Below, piece by piece: positions 48,684 to 60,305 of a DNA stretch of 64,000 bases (position 1 is its first letter; every line of letters starts with the position of its first letter). Source of the DNA: Leptonemataceae bacterium (GTDB lineage: Bacteria > Spirochaetota > Leptospiria > Leptospirales > Leptonemataceae); assembly GCA_965227295.1 (NCBI GenBank), contig OZ245742.1:2528001-2592000 (forward strand), in the 5' to 3' direction. The notes beneath the pieces were generated by a model. The model ran no database searches and was not told the origin of the DNA. It was given only the letters and a program-made list of their open reading frames with translations. The translations under genes and the position numbers were made by a program.

Positions 48684-50513
48684 TTGTACAAACGCATCGA
48701 GGACTACGGCATCATCGGCGATTTGCGCACCGTGGCGCTGGTGGGCCTCGACGGCTCCATTGATTGGTGCTGTTTTCCGAACTTCGACTCGCCTTCGATC
48801 TTTGCCGCGTTGCTCGACGCCGGAAAGGGTGGTCATTTCCGCATTCAGGTCCCGCCGGAAATGAACGCGCGCCGCAAGCAGCTCTACATTCCCGATACCA
48901 ACGTTCTCGTAACTCGCTTTCTTTCGAAAGAGGGCGTCGGCGAGGTAACCGACTTCATGCCCGTGGAGACCGGGCGCGGCATCTGGGAAAGCGACGGCCG
49001 TCGACGCATTGTGCGGCGGGTCACCTCGGTGCGCGGTGTCGTGCACTTTCAACTGCATTGTTTTCCCGCCTTCGACTACGCCCGGCGCCGGCCCACGGTG
49101 CACAAGGTTCCGCACGGCTACGTCTTCGCGGACGATGCCGGTCCGCTGTCCCTGGAACTCCTGTCGCCGGTCGATCTTCAGGTGGACGAAGAACAGGGCG
49201 GCGTGCACGGGGTCTTCGAACTCTCGCCGGGGGAAACGATCGTCTTCGTCCTGCAAGAGCACGAAGAAGGGCGTTTGTATCCCACCGCCGATCCGGACAT
49301 GGATCAGGGGTACCTCAGCACGCTGCATTTCTGGCAGGACTGGTTGGCCCAGTGCAACTACCAGGGACGCTGGCGGGAAATGGTCCACCGTTCGGCGCTC
49401 GTTCTTAAGTTACTTACATTTCAACCTACGGGCGCCATCGTCGCGGCCCCCACGACGTCTTTGCCCGAGGTCATCGGCGGTCAGCGCAACTGGGATTACC
49501 GCTACACCTGGATTCGCGACGCTTCGTTCACCGTGTACGGTTTTCTGCGGATCGGCTTTACTGAAGAAGCCACGCAGTTCATGCACTGGCTGGAGGAACG
49601 ACTGCATCACCTGGGCAACAGCGGTGATCATCCGTTGCAGTTGATGTACCGCATCGACGGCTCGCGCGATCTGCACGAAGAAATTCTGGAACACCTCGAA
49701 GGTTACATGCAGTCCGAGCCCGTGCGTATCGGCAACGGCGCCTACGATCAACTGCAACTCGACATCTACGGCGCGCTCATGGACGCCATCTATCTTTTCG
49801 ACAAACACGCGCAGCCGCTGTCCTACGACCTCTGGAAATCCGTGCGGACGATTCTCGACTGGCTGTGCGAGAACTGGAACCAGCCGGACGAGGGCATCTG
49901 GGAGGTGCGGGACAGCCGGCGTAACTTCGTGTATTCGCGGCTCATGTGCTGGGTCGCCCTGGATCGCGGCATTCGTCTTTCGAACAAGCGCAGTTATCCC
50001 GCCGATCGCGAGCGCTGGATCGCCGTGCGCGACGAGATTTACCTGGAGATCATGGAACGCGGTTGGTCGAAAGAACGTCGCGCCTTCGTGCAGAGCTACG
50101 AAAACGACGCGCTGGACGCTTCGAACTTGCTCATGCCGCTCGTGTTTTTTCTATCGGCGCAGGATCCGCGCATGCAGTCGACGATCGACGCCGTGATCGG
50201 TGAGCTGGCGTCGGATTCTCTCGTTTATCGTTACATTGCGGATCACGCCCCGGACGGGCTGGACGGCGAGGAGGGTTCGTTCTCGATGTGCACGTTCTGG
50301 CTCGTGGAAGCGCTGGCCCGGGGCGGGCGCGTGGAGGAAGCGCGGGTCATTTTCGAAAAGATGATCGGCTACGCGAACCACGTGGGCCTGTACTCCGAGG
50401 AGATCGGCCCCTTCGGCGAGGCCCTGGGCAACTTTCCTCAGGCGTTCACGCACCTCGGCTTAATTTCCGCCGCGTTTAACTTAGACCGGGCGTTGGATCA
50501 TAAGAAAACCTGA
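48684..50513 (+). CDS. Glycoside hydrolase family 15 (glucoamylase/trehalase-like)
   Basis: [37 protein letters not shown]. Confidence 0.95.
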   Translation: MYKRIEDYGIIGDLRTVALVGLDGSIDWCCFPNFDSPSIFAALLDAGKGGHFRIQVPPEMNARRKQLYIPDTNVLVTRFLSKEGVGEVTDFMPVETGRGIWESDGRRRIVRRVTSVRGVVHFQLHCFPAFDYARRRPTVHKVPHGYVFADDAGPLSLELLSPVDLQVDEEQGGVHGVFELSPGETIVFVLQEHEEGRLYPTADPDMDQGYLSTLHFWQDWLAQCNYQGRWREMVHRSALVLKLLTFQPTGAIVAAPTTSLPEVIGGQRNWDYRYTWIRDASFTVYGFLRIGFTEEATQFMHWLEERLHHLGNSGDHPLQLMYRIDGSRDLHEEILEHLEGYMQSEPVRIGNGAYDQLQLDIYGALMDAIYLFDKHAQPLSYDLWKSVRTILDWLCENWNQPDEGIWEVRDSRRNFVYSRLMCWVALDRGIRLSNKRSYPADRERWIAVRDEIYLEIMERGWSKERRAFVQSYENDALDASNLLMPLVFFLSAQDPRMQSTIDAVIGELASDSLVYRYIADHAPDGLDGEEGSFSMCTFWLVEALARGGRVEEARVIFEKMIGYANHVGLYSEEIGPFGEALGNFPQAFTHLGLISAAFNLDRALDHKKT

Positions 50514-50525
50514 GCGAGTGCTTCC

Positions 50526-52060
50526 ATGAAAGGCCTGCTGCTCTTTTTCGTAACGCTCCTGTACTTCCTGTACGCCGCGGCCTGGGACTTCTCCGGGGAA
50601 CGGGTGAGTTTCGAGGGGGATCAGGTCCGCCTGGTCTACGACGTCGACGCCGTAGCTTCCGGCGATCGTAAGTTTACCGGGAGCTACAGCATCACCGGGC
50701 CGAATCATCCCGGTCCCCTGCACACATACCTGCTCGCCATGTTCTACATGTTCGACCGTGACATTCCCGCGCTCTACCGGCGGGCCGCGGCGCTCAAGAG
50801 CCTCACGTTCTTCCTGCTCGGTCTGTTTCTGCTGCGGGCCGGCGCCTCGTTCGGCCTGGCCGCGACGGTACCCTTTATGATCGCCGCGACTCACGGCGCG
50901 GACGTGTACCTGCGCATAATCTGGGGGCCGGCCATGTGCCTGCCCTTTCTTGCGCTCGCCCTGTGGGCGGCGCTGCGGCTGCACGAGTCGTCGGCGCAGG
51001 AACTCAGTCGGCCATTGCTTCTGCTGGCCGCGGCCCTCTCGTTCTTGCTGCAAACGCATACGTCGCAGTTGCCGTTCGTCCTGGGTATCGGCGGATGCGC
51101 CGTGGGGAGCCTCCTGTTGCGCCTGCGGGATGAGAGCGCGAGACGAGGCGTACGTCGGGCGGTGATCGGGGCCGTGCTCGTAACTTTGCTTTTGTGGATG
51201 TTACCGGTCTACGAGGCGGTAAAGAACGGCGGCGGGAACTTCGCCCGGCTGTTCGAGTATTACGTAGCGCTGCCTCTCTCGTCCTCCGGTGACGGCCTCA
51301 CGTTCGCGCGCTCCATAGAGCGACTGATGCTCGTCCTGCGTACGACGGCCGACGCTTTCGCCTGAGCGCGGCCTGGGTGGCGGCCGCCTTCGTGCTGCCG
51401 CCGTTGCTCGTGCGCTTTTTGCACGATCGCCGCCGGTACGCCTTCGCCGTGATGCTGGTAAGTACATCTGTCTTGCTGTTAGTGATCGCCCTGGTGTTTG
51501 TCCCGGAGCCGCTGCGCTTTCACTATTACTCGGGCGTTTATGTTCTTTTCGCGGCGGCGGCCGGTCTCGCCCTGGGCGGTCTCGTGCAACTCGTGCGCGA
51601 GCGTTGGACCTGGCTCGCCGCGTTCCCGCTCCGGGCCGTGTTCGTGTTGTCCGTCAGTGCGTTCGTAATTTCCGGTGTCCTCCAGCGCGTGCATGCGGCG
51701 GAGGAGCGCGAACTGCACGCCCCCCTCGCGGAAATGCAGGCGCTTGTCGCGGCCATGGACGCGGACTGCCCCGGTTGCAAAATCAGTGTGCACACGGTCG
51801 GGGAGAACGCCCCGGAGACGACGCCGGGTTTTCTGTATCTCTTAGAACGCAGCAATATGATGTTAGTGCTTCCCGGCACGGAAGAGGCACGCTACATCAT
51901 CGAAGCGCCGCGCGCAGAATCGCCGGGAGACGGCCGCGTGGTGTTTGATTCGAAGCGGTTTCGCGTGTTGCGAGTTCCGGTGCCGGCCCGTACTTTAGCG
52001 GTACACAGAGTGAGCGGGCGCACGTTTGCGAATTACTACATAGGCGTGGCGGAGATGTAG
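50526..52060 (+). pseudogene. Membrane glycosyltransferase-like (ArnT/PMT-type) gene split by a frameshift (ORFs 50526-51365 and ~51362-52060)
   Basis: GDQ...HPGPLHTYLL motif and continuous TM pattern. One added base near 51360 joins the frames (…DAF-x-LSAAWVAAAF…). Confidence 0.6.
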
Positions 52061-52482
52061 TTCTGCAACAGCTCGATTAACTTCTTCTGATCGCCGATTT
52101 CCTGTTTCACCAGGTCGCCGATGGATACGAGGCCGATCATGCGATCGCCGTCCATGACCGGCAGGTGGCGGATGCGTTTGTCCGTCATGATCGCGAGGCA
52201 GGCGGAAACGCTGTCGTGGGACGTAACGGTGGTGAGGTTGATGGACATGATGTCTTTCACCGGCGTGCTGCGCGAATTGCGTTCCTGAAGAATCACTTTG
52301 CGGGCGTAGTCACGTTCGGAGAACATTCCCACCAGACGACCGTCCTGCATCACCGGAATGGCGCCGACGCCGCGCTCGGCCATGAGCTTGAGCGCGTCGT
52401 ACACCGTGCGATGCGGCTCCACGGACAGGACATCGTGTCCTTTGTCTTTGAGGATGTCCTGGATGGTGGAGGAGAAGTCCAT
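52036..52482 (-). CDS. CBS-domain protein
   Basis: LVGMFSERDYARKV, IRHLPV, GLVSIGDLVK. Confidence 0.92.
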   Translation of the reverse strand: MDFSSTIQDILKDKGHDVLSVEPHRTVYDALKLMAERGVGAIPVMQDGRLVGMFSERDYARKVILQERNSRSTPVKDIMSINLTTVTSHDSVSACLAIMTDKRIRHLPVMDGDRMIGLVSIGDLVKQEIGDQKKLIELLQNYISATPM

Positions 52483-52657
52483 AGCGGGCCGAAGTCTACA
52501 GGCAATGCGAGGGAGGTCAAGGAATTCCGGGGGGGCCGTCGCTCCCTTTTTGCACCGTATCCGCCGGATCATCCGGGAAGGCGTCGTAGTCTTCGTCGTC
52601 ATCGTTCAAGAGTTGCAATGCGAGGAAGGGACATCCTCCTGTAAAAAACCCACCGCC

Positions 52658-53230
52658 TTAAAGGTCCGCAAGTACGACAGTACCATTGCCAGGAACGGCC
52701 AGAGCGTCGGAGAATCGAAAGCTTTCCCGATCGCGATAGCCGTCGCCTTCCGGGTTCCGGTAGACCTCGATGATGTTCGCGTCGGCGTCTACAAGCCAGT
52801 ACTCCCGAACACCGGCCGCGGCATAGACCGCGGCTTTTTTTCGATCGTATTCAGCGGAGGATACGGCGACTTCCACGACGAACTCCGCCGTTGTGGGATG
52901 GCCCTCGATGTAGTCATCCTCGCGTCGGTGGACCACGGCGACATCGGGCTCGAGTTCGGACTTCGTGAAGGTGAGCGGTTGCTCCTGGCGGACGTCAAGA
53001 TTCTCCGGAAGATGGGCGCGCAAAAAGCGAACGAGTTTCGCAACGAGAGCGGAGTGCAGGGGAGGCTTCGGCATCTTCTCGACGATCACTCCTTCGAACA
53101 ACTCGACCGGCTCTTTGATTTCCCCCGTGCCATAGAGAGAATGATAGAGAGCCACGCCGATGGGCAGTACCCTGTCGCGAATGTCTTGTATTTCAAGGGC
53201 GGCCACGGCCATGGCGAGAGCATAGGACAT
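52658..53230 (-). CDS. Uma2 (DUF820) family endonuclease
   Basis: ELFEGVIVEKMP, EPDVAVV, VVEVA.SS..YDRKKAAVYAAAGVREYWLVD. Confidence 0.92.
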   Translation of the reverse strand: MSYALAMAVAALEIQDIRDRVLPIGVALYHSLYGTGEIKEPVELFEGVIVEKMPKPPLHSALVAKLVRFLRAHLPENLDVRQEQPLTFTKSELEPDVAVVHRREDDYIEGHPTTAEFVVEVAVSSAEYDRKKAAVYAAAGVREYWLVDADANIIEVYRNPEGDGYRDRESFRFSDALAVPGNGTVVLADL

Positions 53231-53339
53231 CCGGGGGGCGGGTCAAATAGAAATTCGATGTCCTGTTGTTGCTTTAATTACAGGAGGACGCGAGGAAGCG
53301 AGAACCTCTCATCCTCCTGTGCAAATTCCGCATTAGCCC

Positions 53340-53780
53340 CTAACGTTTCGTCAGCTTCTGAATCACCTCGAGCAAATCCCGCCGGCTGATCATGCCCATC
53401 AACCGACCGTTGCCGTCGACCACCGGCAACTGCCGAAACGGGTTCGCCAGGAAGATGTCGACGATCTGGTAGACGTCCGTCTCGGGGCCGACGGTCTTGA
53501 TGCCCGTGGCCATGTCGTCGCGGACGTGGCGCTCGGGTTCCTCGTGGTAGTACGAACGTTTCGCAAGCAGCTTGAGGCAGTCTTTCTCCGTAAAGATGCC
53601 GAGCAACTGCTCGTGTTCCCCGACGACCGGGGCTCCGGTTACACCGGTCCGCAAAAAGAGTTTTACGGCGTCCGTGGTGTTCATGTCGGGAGTGAGCGTC
53701 GGATGTTTGCGGATCATGATGTCCGCGGCCTTCGGTGTCTCTTCGGCCACCGGTGGCTGAAGATCGGCGGAATAGTTCAT
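53340..53780 (-). CDS. CBS-domain protein
   Basis: GAPVV, GIFTEKDCL, LPVVD..GRLMGMISRRDLL. Confidence 0.88.
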   Translation of the reverse strand: MNYSADLQPPVAEETPKAADIMIRKHPTLTPDMNTTDAVKLFLRTGVTGAPVVGEHEQLLGIFTEKDCLKLLAKRSYYHEEPERHVRDDMATGIKTVGPETDVYQIVDIFLANPFRQLPVVDGNGRLMGMISRRDLLEVIQKLTKR

Positions 53781-54074
53781 GAGAGACCTCCTGGGCGTCG
53801 TGCGGCGCTGCGTATGCAGTGCGCTTCGTGCCGGAGCTATTATAGAAGGCAAGCCCGGTTAGGTTCAACCGAAAAAGCCGCCGAATGTTCACCTGTCCCG
53901 GCGGCCGATCGAATTCGAGACAGGCGTGGCCGAAAGTTTTCGCGCGCAGGTGCCGGGCACGACAAATTCCTCGTGCATTTTTCGGGGCCGCGAGACCTGA
54001 GGTAGCTACGACCGAAAAAAAAAGCGCTTATCTTGACAGTATGGCCGCCCATTCGCAGATAAGGACAGGCAGGT

Positions 54075-55472
54075 ATGAAAGTACATAAAGTCAGATCCGG
54101 CTACGACATCCCCCTCAAAGGACAACCTGATCCCTCCGCGGGCATTCAGGATGCTCCAAACCCGAAAACATACACAGTGCGGCCCGTCGAATTCGGCGCA
54201 CAGTTGAAACCGCGGCTCAAAGTTGAGACCGGCGACTCGGTGAAGATCGGCACCACGCTCTTCGTCGACAAACGCAATCCCGACGTATGCTACGCGAGTC
54301 CCGCCGCGGGAAAAATCACGGACATCCGGTACGGGCCGCGCCGTGTCATCGAAGCCATCGTCATCTCGCCGTCCGGTGAAGACGCCGAGCAGTTTCAGAA
54401 CTTTCGCTCGGGCGAAATCGCGAACCAGAAGCGCGATGATCTCGTGAAGCTGTTGCTTGAAGGCGGCATGTGGCCGTTTATTCGTCAGCGTCCGTACGAC
54501 ATCAACGCGAACCCGGAAGACACCCCGGCTTCCATCTTCGTGAACTGCATGGATACCGGTCCCCTGGCGCCCGATCCGGAAATCGCCCTGCGGGGCAAAC
54601 GTCCGGAGTTCGAAGCCGGCATTAATGCGCTGAAGGTTCTGGCCGGCGGGAATAAGATCCACGTCGTCATCAACGGCGGCAAGAAGCAAAGCCCCGACTC
54701 GGAGCAACTGTTCACTGGGCTCAGCGGCGTGGAGTACCACGCCTTCGCCGGCAAACACCCGGCCGGCCTGGTCGGCACGCACATCACCACCATCGATCCC
54801 ATCATCGGCTACGCGAACAACCGCAAGGTCATCTGGTATCTGAACGCCCGGGACGTAGTGAAACTCGGCAGTTTTCTTTTGGTAGGGCAGTATCCCACGG
54901 AAAACGTGATCGCGGTCGGCGGCCACGGTGTGAAAGCGGAGCGCCGGAAATACTTTCGCGTGCGTTCCGGCGCCGACATCGGCAGTCTGCTCGACGGTTA
55001 CCTTGAAGACGGCGAGCTGCGCATCATCAGCGGCAACGTGCTTACCGGTACGCAGATCAGCAAAGAAGAGGGCCTCGGCTTCTACGACAGCGTCATCACC
55101 GTCATTCCCGAGGGTCGCGAGCGACGCTTCATCGGCTGGATGCTGCCGGGCTTTTCGCGTTGGACCTGGTCCCGCGCCTACATGTCCGCGGCCGTCCCCG
55201 GTCGGCGCTACGCCATGGACACCAACAAGAACGGCGAAAAGCGCGCGTTCGTGAAGACCGGCGACTATCGCAAGGTCATGGGGATCGATGTGCTGCCGGA
55301 GTTCCTGGTCAAGGCCATTCTGGCCGAGGACATCGAACAAATGGAAGCCCTGGGCATTATGGAGTGTGCGCCGGAGGACTTCGCGCTGTGCGCGTACATC
55401 TGTCCGTCGAAGATCGAATTCACCGAGATCGTGCGCGACGGCCTGGAGATGATGCACAAAGAATTGGCCTGA
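54075..55472 (+). CDS. nqrA: Na+-translocating NADH:quinone reductase subunit A
   Basis: First gene of the cluster. HPAGLVGTHI, IISGNVLTG, EDFALCAYICPSK. Confidence 0.95.
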   Translation: MKVHKVRSGYDIPLKGQPDPSAGIQDAPNPKTYTVRPVEFGAQLKPRLKVETGDSVKIGTTLFVDKRNPDVCYASPAAGKITDIRYGPRRVIEAIVISPSGEDAEQFQNFRSGEIANQKRDDLVKLLLEGGMWPFIRQRPYDINANPEDTPASIFVNCMDTGPLAPDPEIALRGKRPEFEAGINALKVLAGGNKIHVVINGGKKQSPDSEQLFTGLSGVEYHAFAGKHPAGLVGTHITTIDPIIGYANNRKVIWYLNARDVVKLGSFLLVGQYPTENVIAVGGHGVKAERRKYFRVRSGADIGSLLDGYLEDGELRIISGNVLTGTQISKEEGLGFYDSVITVIPEGRERRFIGWMLPGFSRWTWSRAYMSAAVPGRRYAMDTNKNGEKRAFVKTGDYRKVMGIDVLPEFLVKAILAEDIEQMEALGIMECAPEDFALCAYICPSKIEFTEIVRDGLEMMHKELA

Positions 55473-55561
55473 CGACGGCGCGCACCGCTCTATCGCACTA
55501 ACCTTTGTTCTTGAAAACTTAGCGGCCCCGGTCGCTTTCCGTTGAAATCAGAGAAACGAAC

Positions 55562-56800
55562 ATGAAGTTCCTACAGAAACAACTCGAAAAGATGGACCCG
55601 CTCTTCGAAAAGGGCGGCAAGCTCGAAAAACTCCATCCCCTCTGGGACGCCCAGAGCACATTCCTGTTTACCCCGAAAGAGGTCACCGAGAAGGGTCCGC
55701 ACGTCCGCGATTCCATCGATCTCAAGCGGGTCATGATCACCGTGGTCATGGCGCTCATCCCGGTGGTGCTGTTTTCTTTCTATAATACGGGCTACCAGAT
55801 GGCCCGGGCCTACGGCGTCGAAGCGAGCCTGCCCTGGTGGCAGATGTTTATCAACGGAGCCATCACGAACCTGCCGATCATTCTGGTCAGCTACGCCGTC
55901 GGCGGTCTCTGGGAAGGCCTCTTCGCAGTCATTCGCCGGCATAAGATCAGTGAGGGCTTTCTCGTAACGGGCATGCTCTTTCCGCTGACTCTGCCGGCCA
56001 CGATTCCGCTGTGGCAGGTGGCCGTGGGCGTAAGCTTCGGCGTTGTGATCGGCAAAGAGGTCTTCGGCGGCACCGGCATGAACATCCTCAACCCGGCGCT
56101 CACCGGGCGGGCCTTTCTGTTCTTCTCGTTTCCGAAAGACATCTCGGGCTCCGATGTCTGGATCAAACATTACAACCCGTCCGCGTTCCCGTACCTCGAT
56201 AACTTCCTGCTGTGGGATCCTTCCTGGAAACTCGTCGACGGTTACAGCGGGGCCACGGCGCTGCTCCAGGCGGCGTCCACCGGCGCGGCGCAAAAACCGG
56301 TCGATGTCCTTACGAGCGGAGGCTACGCCCACTTCGACTGGTGGAATCTGTTTGTAGGTCTGGTGCCCGGCAGTATGGGCGAAACCTCGGCTCTCGTGGC
56401 GCTGATCGGCGCGGCGATTCTGATCCTCACCGGCGTCGGTAGCTGGCAGATCATAACGAGCTGCATTCTCGGTGCGGCGGCCATGGCGGGTTTCATGGGC
56501 ATCTTTACGGACGTCGGCCTGCCGGCGGTGCCCTGGCACTACCATCTCGTGATGGGCGGCTTCATGTTCGGCGCGGTCTACATGGCCACCGATCCGGTGA
56601 GCGCGGCGCATTCGGGCATGGGCAAGTGGATCTACGGTTTCTTAATCGGCGTTCTGTGCATCTTAATCCGGGTGTGGAACCCGGCCTATCCCGAGGGCAT
56701 GATGCTCTCGATTCTCTTTATGAACATTTTCGCGCCGCTCATCGATCATTACGTGGTAAAGGCGAACATCAACCGGAGGCTCAAACGTGCAACGGGGTAA
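55562..56800 (+). CDS. nqrB: Na+-NQR subunit B
   Basis: PHVRDSIDLKR, KEVFGGTG, FMN site SGAT, MATDPVS, PAYPEG. Confidence 0.96.
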   Translation: MKFLQKQLEKMDPLFEKGGKLEKLHPLWDAQSTFLFTPKEVTEKGPHVRDSIDLKRVMITVVMALIPVVLFSFYNTGYQMARAYGVEASLPWWQMFINGAITNLPIILVSYAVGGLWEGLFAVIRRHKISEGFLVTGMLFPLTLPATIPLWQVAVGVSFGVVIGKEVFGGTGMNILNPALTGRAFLFFSFPKDISGSDVWIKHYNPSAFPYLDNFLLWDPSWKLVDGYSGATALLQAASTGAAQKPVDVLTSGGYAHFDWWNLFVGLVPGSMGETSALVALIGAAILILTGVGSWQIITSCILGAAAMAGFMGIFTDVGLPAVPWHYHLVMGGFMFGAVYMATDPVSAAHSGMGKWIYGFLIGVLCILIRVWNPAYPEGMMLSILFMNIFAPLIDHYVVKANINRRLKRATG

Positions 56801-57680
56801 TGCTTATACATTCATCTTCGCGTTCATCGTCTGCATATGTTGCAGCGTGGCGCTGGCCTTCGCGGCCACCGGTCTGCGCGAAGCCCAGGACATCAGTGCG
56901 CGCCTGGACATCGTGAAGAACATCCTGCTCGTCGGCGGCTACGAACAAAAGGAACTCGATCGCATGGCCGCGGAGAGTCCGCAGCAGGTTCTGGAAATCT
57001 TCCGCAAAAACTTCGACGTCCGCCTCGTGAACGAGGACAAAGAGGAAGTGCCCCTGGAGTTTGTGAAGTCCGAGCTGAACAAGATCGGCTACCAGGACGA
57101 GCAGCTCGCCGCGATGCAGGCCTTTGAAATCGTCGACATCTTCAAAAGCAAGGTCAATCTTCTGGCGAAGGCAGCCGGTCAGTCCGTGGACGAGTACAAT
57201 CCCGGCCTCAGCCTCATCTACCTGCAGATGAGTTCGGGGGAAGGCGACGCGGAGCGAGAGGTCGTCGCTTACATTATTCCTGTCGAAGGTTACGGGCTGT
57301 GGGATATGGTCTATGCCTATCTGGCGCTTGAGGCCGACCTGGTCACAGTGAAGGATGTTGTGTTTTACTCTCATCAGGAGACGCCCGGTCTGGGCGGCGA
57401 AATCTCCACGAAGGCCTTCACCGATCAGTGGAAGGGCAAAAAGATCCTCGACGAGAACGGAGACCTTGTCAGTATCCAGGTGGTCAAGGGCGGCACGGAT
57501 GACGACAATCCCCACGGCGTCGACGGCATCAGCGGCGGCACCATCACCGGTGACAGCGTTACGAAGTTCTTGAAAGAGGACCTCGAACGCTACAACGCAT
57601 ACTTCAAGACCATCCGCGGCGGCGATAAAACCGGCGCGACGCAAGATCAGGCGGCCTTTGCCGCAGGAGAACGAAAATGA
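56787..57680 (+). CDS. nqrC: Na+-NQR subunit C
   Basis: GYGLW, ETPGLGGEI, VDGISGGTIT (FMN site). Confidence 0.94.
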   Translation: MQRGNAYTFIFAFIVCICCSVALAFAATGLREAQDISARLDIVKNILLVGGYEQKELDRMAAESPQQVLEIFRKNFDVRLVNEDKEEVPLEFVKSELNKIGYQDEQLAAMQAFEIVDIFKSKVNLLAKAAGQSVDEYNPGLSLIYLQMSSGEGDAEREVVAYIIPVEGYGLWDMVYAYLALEADLVTVKDVVFYSHQETPGLGGEISTKAFTDQWKGKKILDENGDLVSIQVVKGGTDDDNPHGVDGISGGTITGDSVTKFLKEDLERYNAYFKTIRGGDKTGATQDQAAFAAGERK

Positions 57681-58357
57681 GCGATACGGCAACAGTACCC
57701 GCGCCCCGGCAGGCGCAAAACGAACGCAAGCCGCTCTTCGGCAAGAAAGAGCGCTCCATCGTCCGCGATCCGTTGTGGGACAACAACCCCATCACGCTGC
57801 AGGTTCTCGGCATCTGTTCGGCCCTCGCCGTAACAACGCAGATGTCCACGACCATCGTCATGTGCCTGGCGGTGATCGCGGTGCTCTCGCTCTCGAACAC
57901 GATCGTTTCGTTTCTGCGGGACTTCATTCCGTCGAAGATTCGCATCATCGTCATGCTGGCAGTGATCTCATCGCTCGTGATCCTGGTGGACCAGATCCTT
58001 AAGGCCTACCTCTTCGAAATGTCGAAGCAGCTCTCGGTTTTCGTCGGTCTGATCATTACGAACTGCATCATCCTGGGCCGCGCCGAGGGTTTCGCCATGG
58101 CGAACAAACCCTGGCCGTCGTTCCTCGACGGAGTCGGCAACGCGTTGGGTTACTCGATCATCCTCATTCTTGTGGCCACCGGTCGCGAGATCCTGGGGAA
58201 CGGCACCTGGTTCGGCCTGGCTGTAATCCCGCAGTTTTTCTACGACATCGGTTACCAGAACATCGGCCTCATGAAGTTGCCCCCGGGCGCCTTCCTTATC
58301 GTAGGGCTTATCATCTGGGTCCAGCGTTCCATCTCGAAACAGTACGAAACGCACTAA
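57677..58357 (+). CDS. nqrD: Na+-NQR subunit D
   Basis: NNPITLQVLGICSALAVT, SVFVGLIITNCI. Confidence 0.96.
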   Translation: MSDTATVPAPRQAQNERKPLFGKKERSIVRDPLWDNNPITLQVLGICSALAVTTQMSTTIVMCLAVIAVLSLSNTIVSFLRDFIPSKIRIIVMLAVISSLVILVDQILKAYLFEMSKQLSVFVGLIITNCIILGRAEGFAMANKPWPSFLDGVGNALGYSIILILVATGREILGNGTWFGLAVIPQFFYDIGYQNIGLMKLPPGAFLIVGLIIWVQRSISKQYETH

Positions 58358-58390
58358 TCTACGTTACCTGAATACTAAGAGATAAACCTT

Positions 58391-59002
58391 ATGAATCTCG
58401 TAAACATCGCAGTCCAATCCGTCTTTGTCGAAAACATCCTGCTGGCGTACTTCCTCGGGATGTGTTCATTCCTGGCGGTCTCCAAGAAGATCGACACCGC
58501 CGTCGGCCTCGGCTTTGCCGTGGTCTTCGTGAACGGGATCACCGCCCCGGTGAACTGGCTCATCAATCATTATCTGCTGAACGACGGCGCCCTGGCCTGG
58601 GTCGGCCTGGCCACGGTGGATCTTTCGTTCCTGCGCTTCATCACCTATATCGCGGTAATCGCGGCCATGGTGCAGCTCGTGGAGATGATCATCGACAAGT
58701 TCTCTCCGACGCTCTACGCGTCGCTGGGTATCTTTCTGCCGCTGATCGCGGTGAACTGCGCCATCCTGGGGACCTCGCTCTTCATGGATACCAAAGGCTA
58801 CAACCTGGCCGAGTCCACCGTCTTCGGCCTTTCTTCCGGCCTCGGCTGGATGCTGGCCATCGTGGCGCTGGCGGCCATTCGCACGCGCATTCGTTATTCG
58901 GACGTGCCCCCGGGCCTGCGCGGCCTCGGCATGGCGTTCATTCTCACGGGACTCATGGCGATCGGTTTCATGTGTTTCGTGGGCATCAAAATGACCGAAT
59001 GA
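58391..59002 (+). CDS. nqrE: Na+-NQR subunit E
   Basis: [40 protein letters not shown]. Confidence 0.96.
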   Translation: MNLVNIAVQSVFVENILLAYFLGMCSFLAVSKKIDTAVGLGFAVVFVNGITAPVNWLINHYLLNDGALAWVGLATVDLSFLRFITYIAVIAAMVQLVEMIIDKFSPTLYASLGIFLPLIAVNCAILGTSLFMDTKGYNLAESTVFGLSSGLGWMLAIVALAAIRTRIRYSDVPPGLRGLGMAFILTGLMAIGFMCFVGIKMTE

Positions 59003-59050
59003 CGGACACTTTCGAAACGGCCTTTTCTTAACTATTACGGAGCAAATATT

Positions 59051-60283
59051 ATGAGCGGAATCGCAATCGTAGGACTCAGTGTTGCCGTCTTCACGTTCGT
59101 GATCATGGGACTGGTGACCATCATTACCCAGGCGGAGAAGCGCCTGGTCGCCCAGGGCGACGTGAAGATCAACATCAACGGCGACGAGGAGAAGTCCATC
59201 ACGGCGCCCGCCGGATCCACACTGCTGACGACGCTCTCGAACTCCGGCCTGTATCTGCCGTCGGCCTGCGGCGGCGGCGGGACCTGCGCCATGTGCAAGT
59301 GCCAGATCTTCGACGGCGCCGGGGACATTCTGCCCACCGAAGCGGGGCACTTTACCCGCAAAGAAATCAAGGAAAACTGGCGCCTGTCGTGCCAGGTAAA
59401 GGTCAAGGGCGATCTGGAAATCGGCGTTCCGGAAGAGGTGCTCAGCATTCAGAAGTTCACCTGTACCGTGCGCAGCAATCACAACGTCGCGACGTTCATC
59501 AAAGAGCTCGTCCTGGACATCGACGACGGCAAGGAAATGGACTTCGAGGCCGGCGGTTACATTCAGATCTACGTCCCCGAGTACGACATCGACTTCAAGA
59601 ACTTCGACATCGAAAAAGAGTACCACCCGGACTGGGATCAGTTTAAGTTGTGGGACCTGAAAGCGCGCAACGACGAGGAGATCTTCCGCGCCTATTCCAT
59701 GGCGAACCACCCGGCCGAGGGCAACATCGTTATGCTGAACATCCGCATCGCCACGCCGCCGCGGGGCATGGACGTGCCTCCGGGGATTTGTTCCAGCTAC
59801 GTGTTCAATCTGAAACCCGGCGACAAAGTCGAGGTGAGCGGACCCTACGGTGAGTTCTTCGCCAAAGAAACCGAGCGGGAAATGTGCTACATCGGCGGTG
59901 GTGCCGGCATGGCCCCGTTGCGCTCGCACATCTTCGATCTTTTCCATACCAGGAAAACGAACCGCAAGGTCACCTACTGGTACGGCGCACGCTCGCTGCG
60001 GGAGATGTTCTACGAGGACGACTTCCGCAAAATCGAAAAGGAATTCGACAACTTCAAGTTCCACGTGGCGCTCTCGGACCCGCTGCCCGAGGACAACTGG
60101 GAAGGCCCCACGGGCTTCATTCACCAGGTGGTCCTGGAAAACTATCTCAAGAACCATCCCGATCCCACGGAGATCGAGTACTACCTGTGCGGCCCGCCGC
60201 TCATGCTCGACGCCGTGCAAAAAATGCTCTACGACCTGGGCGTGGAGCGCGAAATGATCGACTTCGACGACTTCGGTAGTTGA
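59051..60283 (+). CDS. nqrF: Na+-NQR subunit F
   Basis: [39 protein letters not shown]. Confidence 0.97.
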   Translation: MSGIAIVGLSVAVFTFVIMGLVTIITQAEKRLVAQGDVKININGDEEKSITAPAGSTLLTTLSNSGLYLPSACGGGGTCAMCKCQIFDGAGDILPTEAGHFTRKEIKENWRLSCQVKVKGDLEIGVPEEVLSIQKFTCTVRSNHNVATFIKELVLDIDDGKEMDFEAGGYIQIYVPEYDIDFKNFDIEKEYHPDWDQFKLWDLKARNDEEIFRAYSMANHPAEGNIVMLNIRIATPPRGMDVPPGICSSYVFNLKPGDKVEVSGPYGEFFAKETEREMCYIGGGAGMAPLRSHIFDLFHTRKTNRKVTYWYGARSLREMFYEDDFRKIEKEFDNFKFHVALSDPLPEDNWEGPTGFIHQVVLENYLKNHPDPTEIEYYLCGPPLMLDAVQKMLYDLGVEREMIDFDDFGS

Positions 60284-60305
60284 GGGAGAATAGGAATCAG
60301 GACTA

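Noticed and set aside
52518..52657. Acidic in-frame continuation after the Uma2 stop (…NDDDEDYDAFPDDP…)
   Set aside because: The Uma2 domain is already complete at its TAA. There is no convincing start or homology for a separate peptide.
54033..54061. Sigma70 promoter for nqrA
   Set aside because: TTGACA is perfect, but no credible -10 lies at 16-18 bp spacing.
58466..60220. Long antisense ORFs (584 aa here; also 54006-55457, 6601-7965, 22380-23348)
   Set aside because: They lie opposite well-supported genes and are the shadow ORFs expected from high-GC codon bias.
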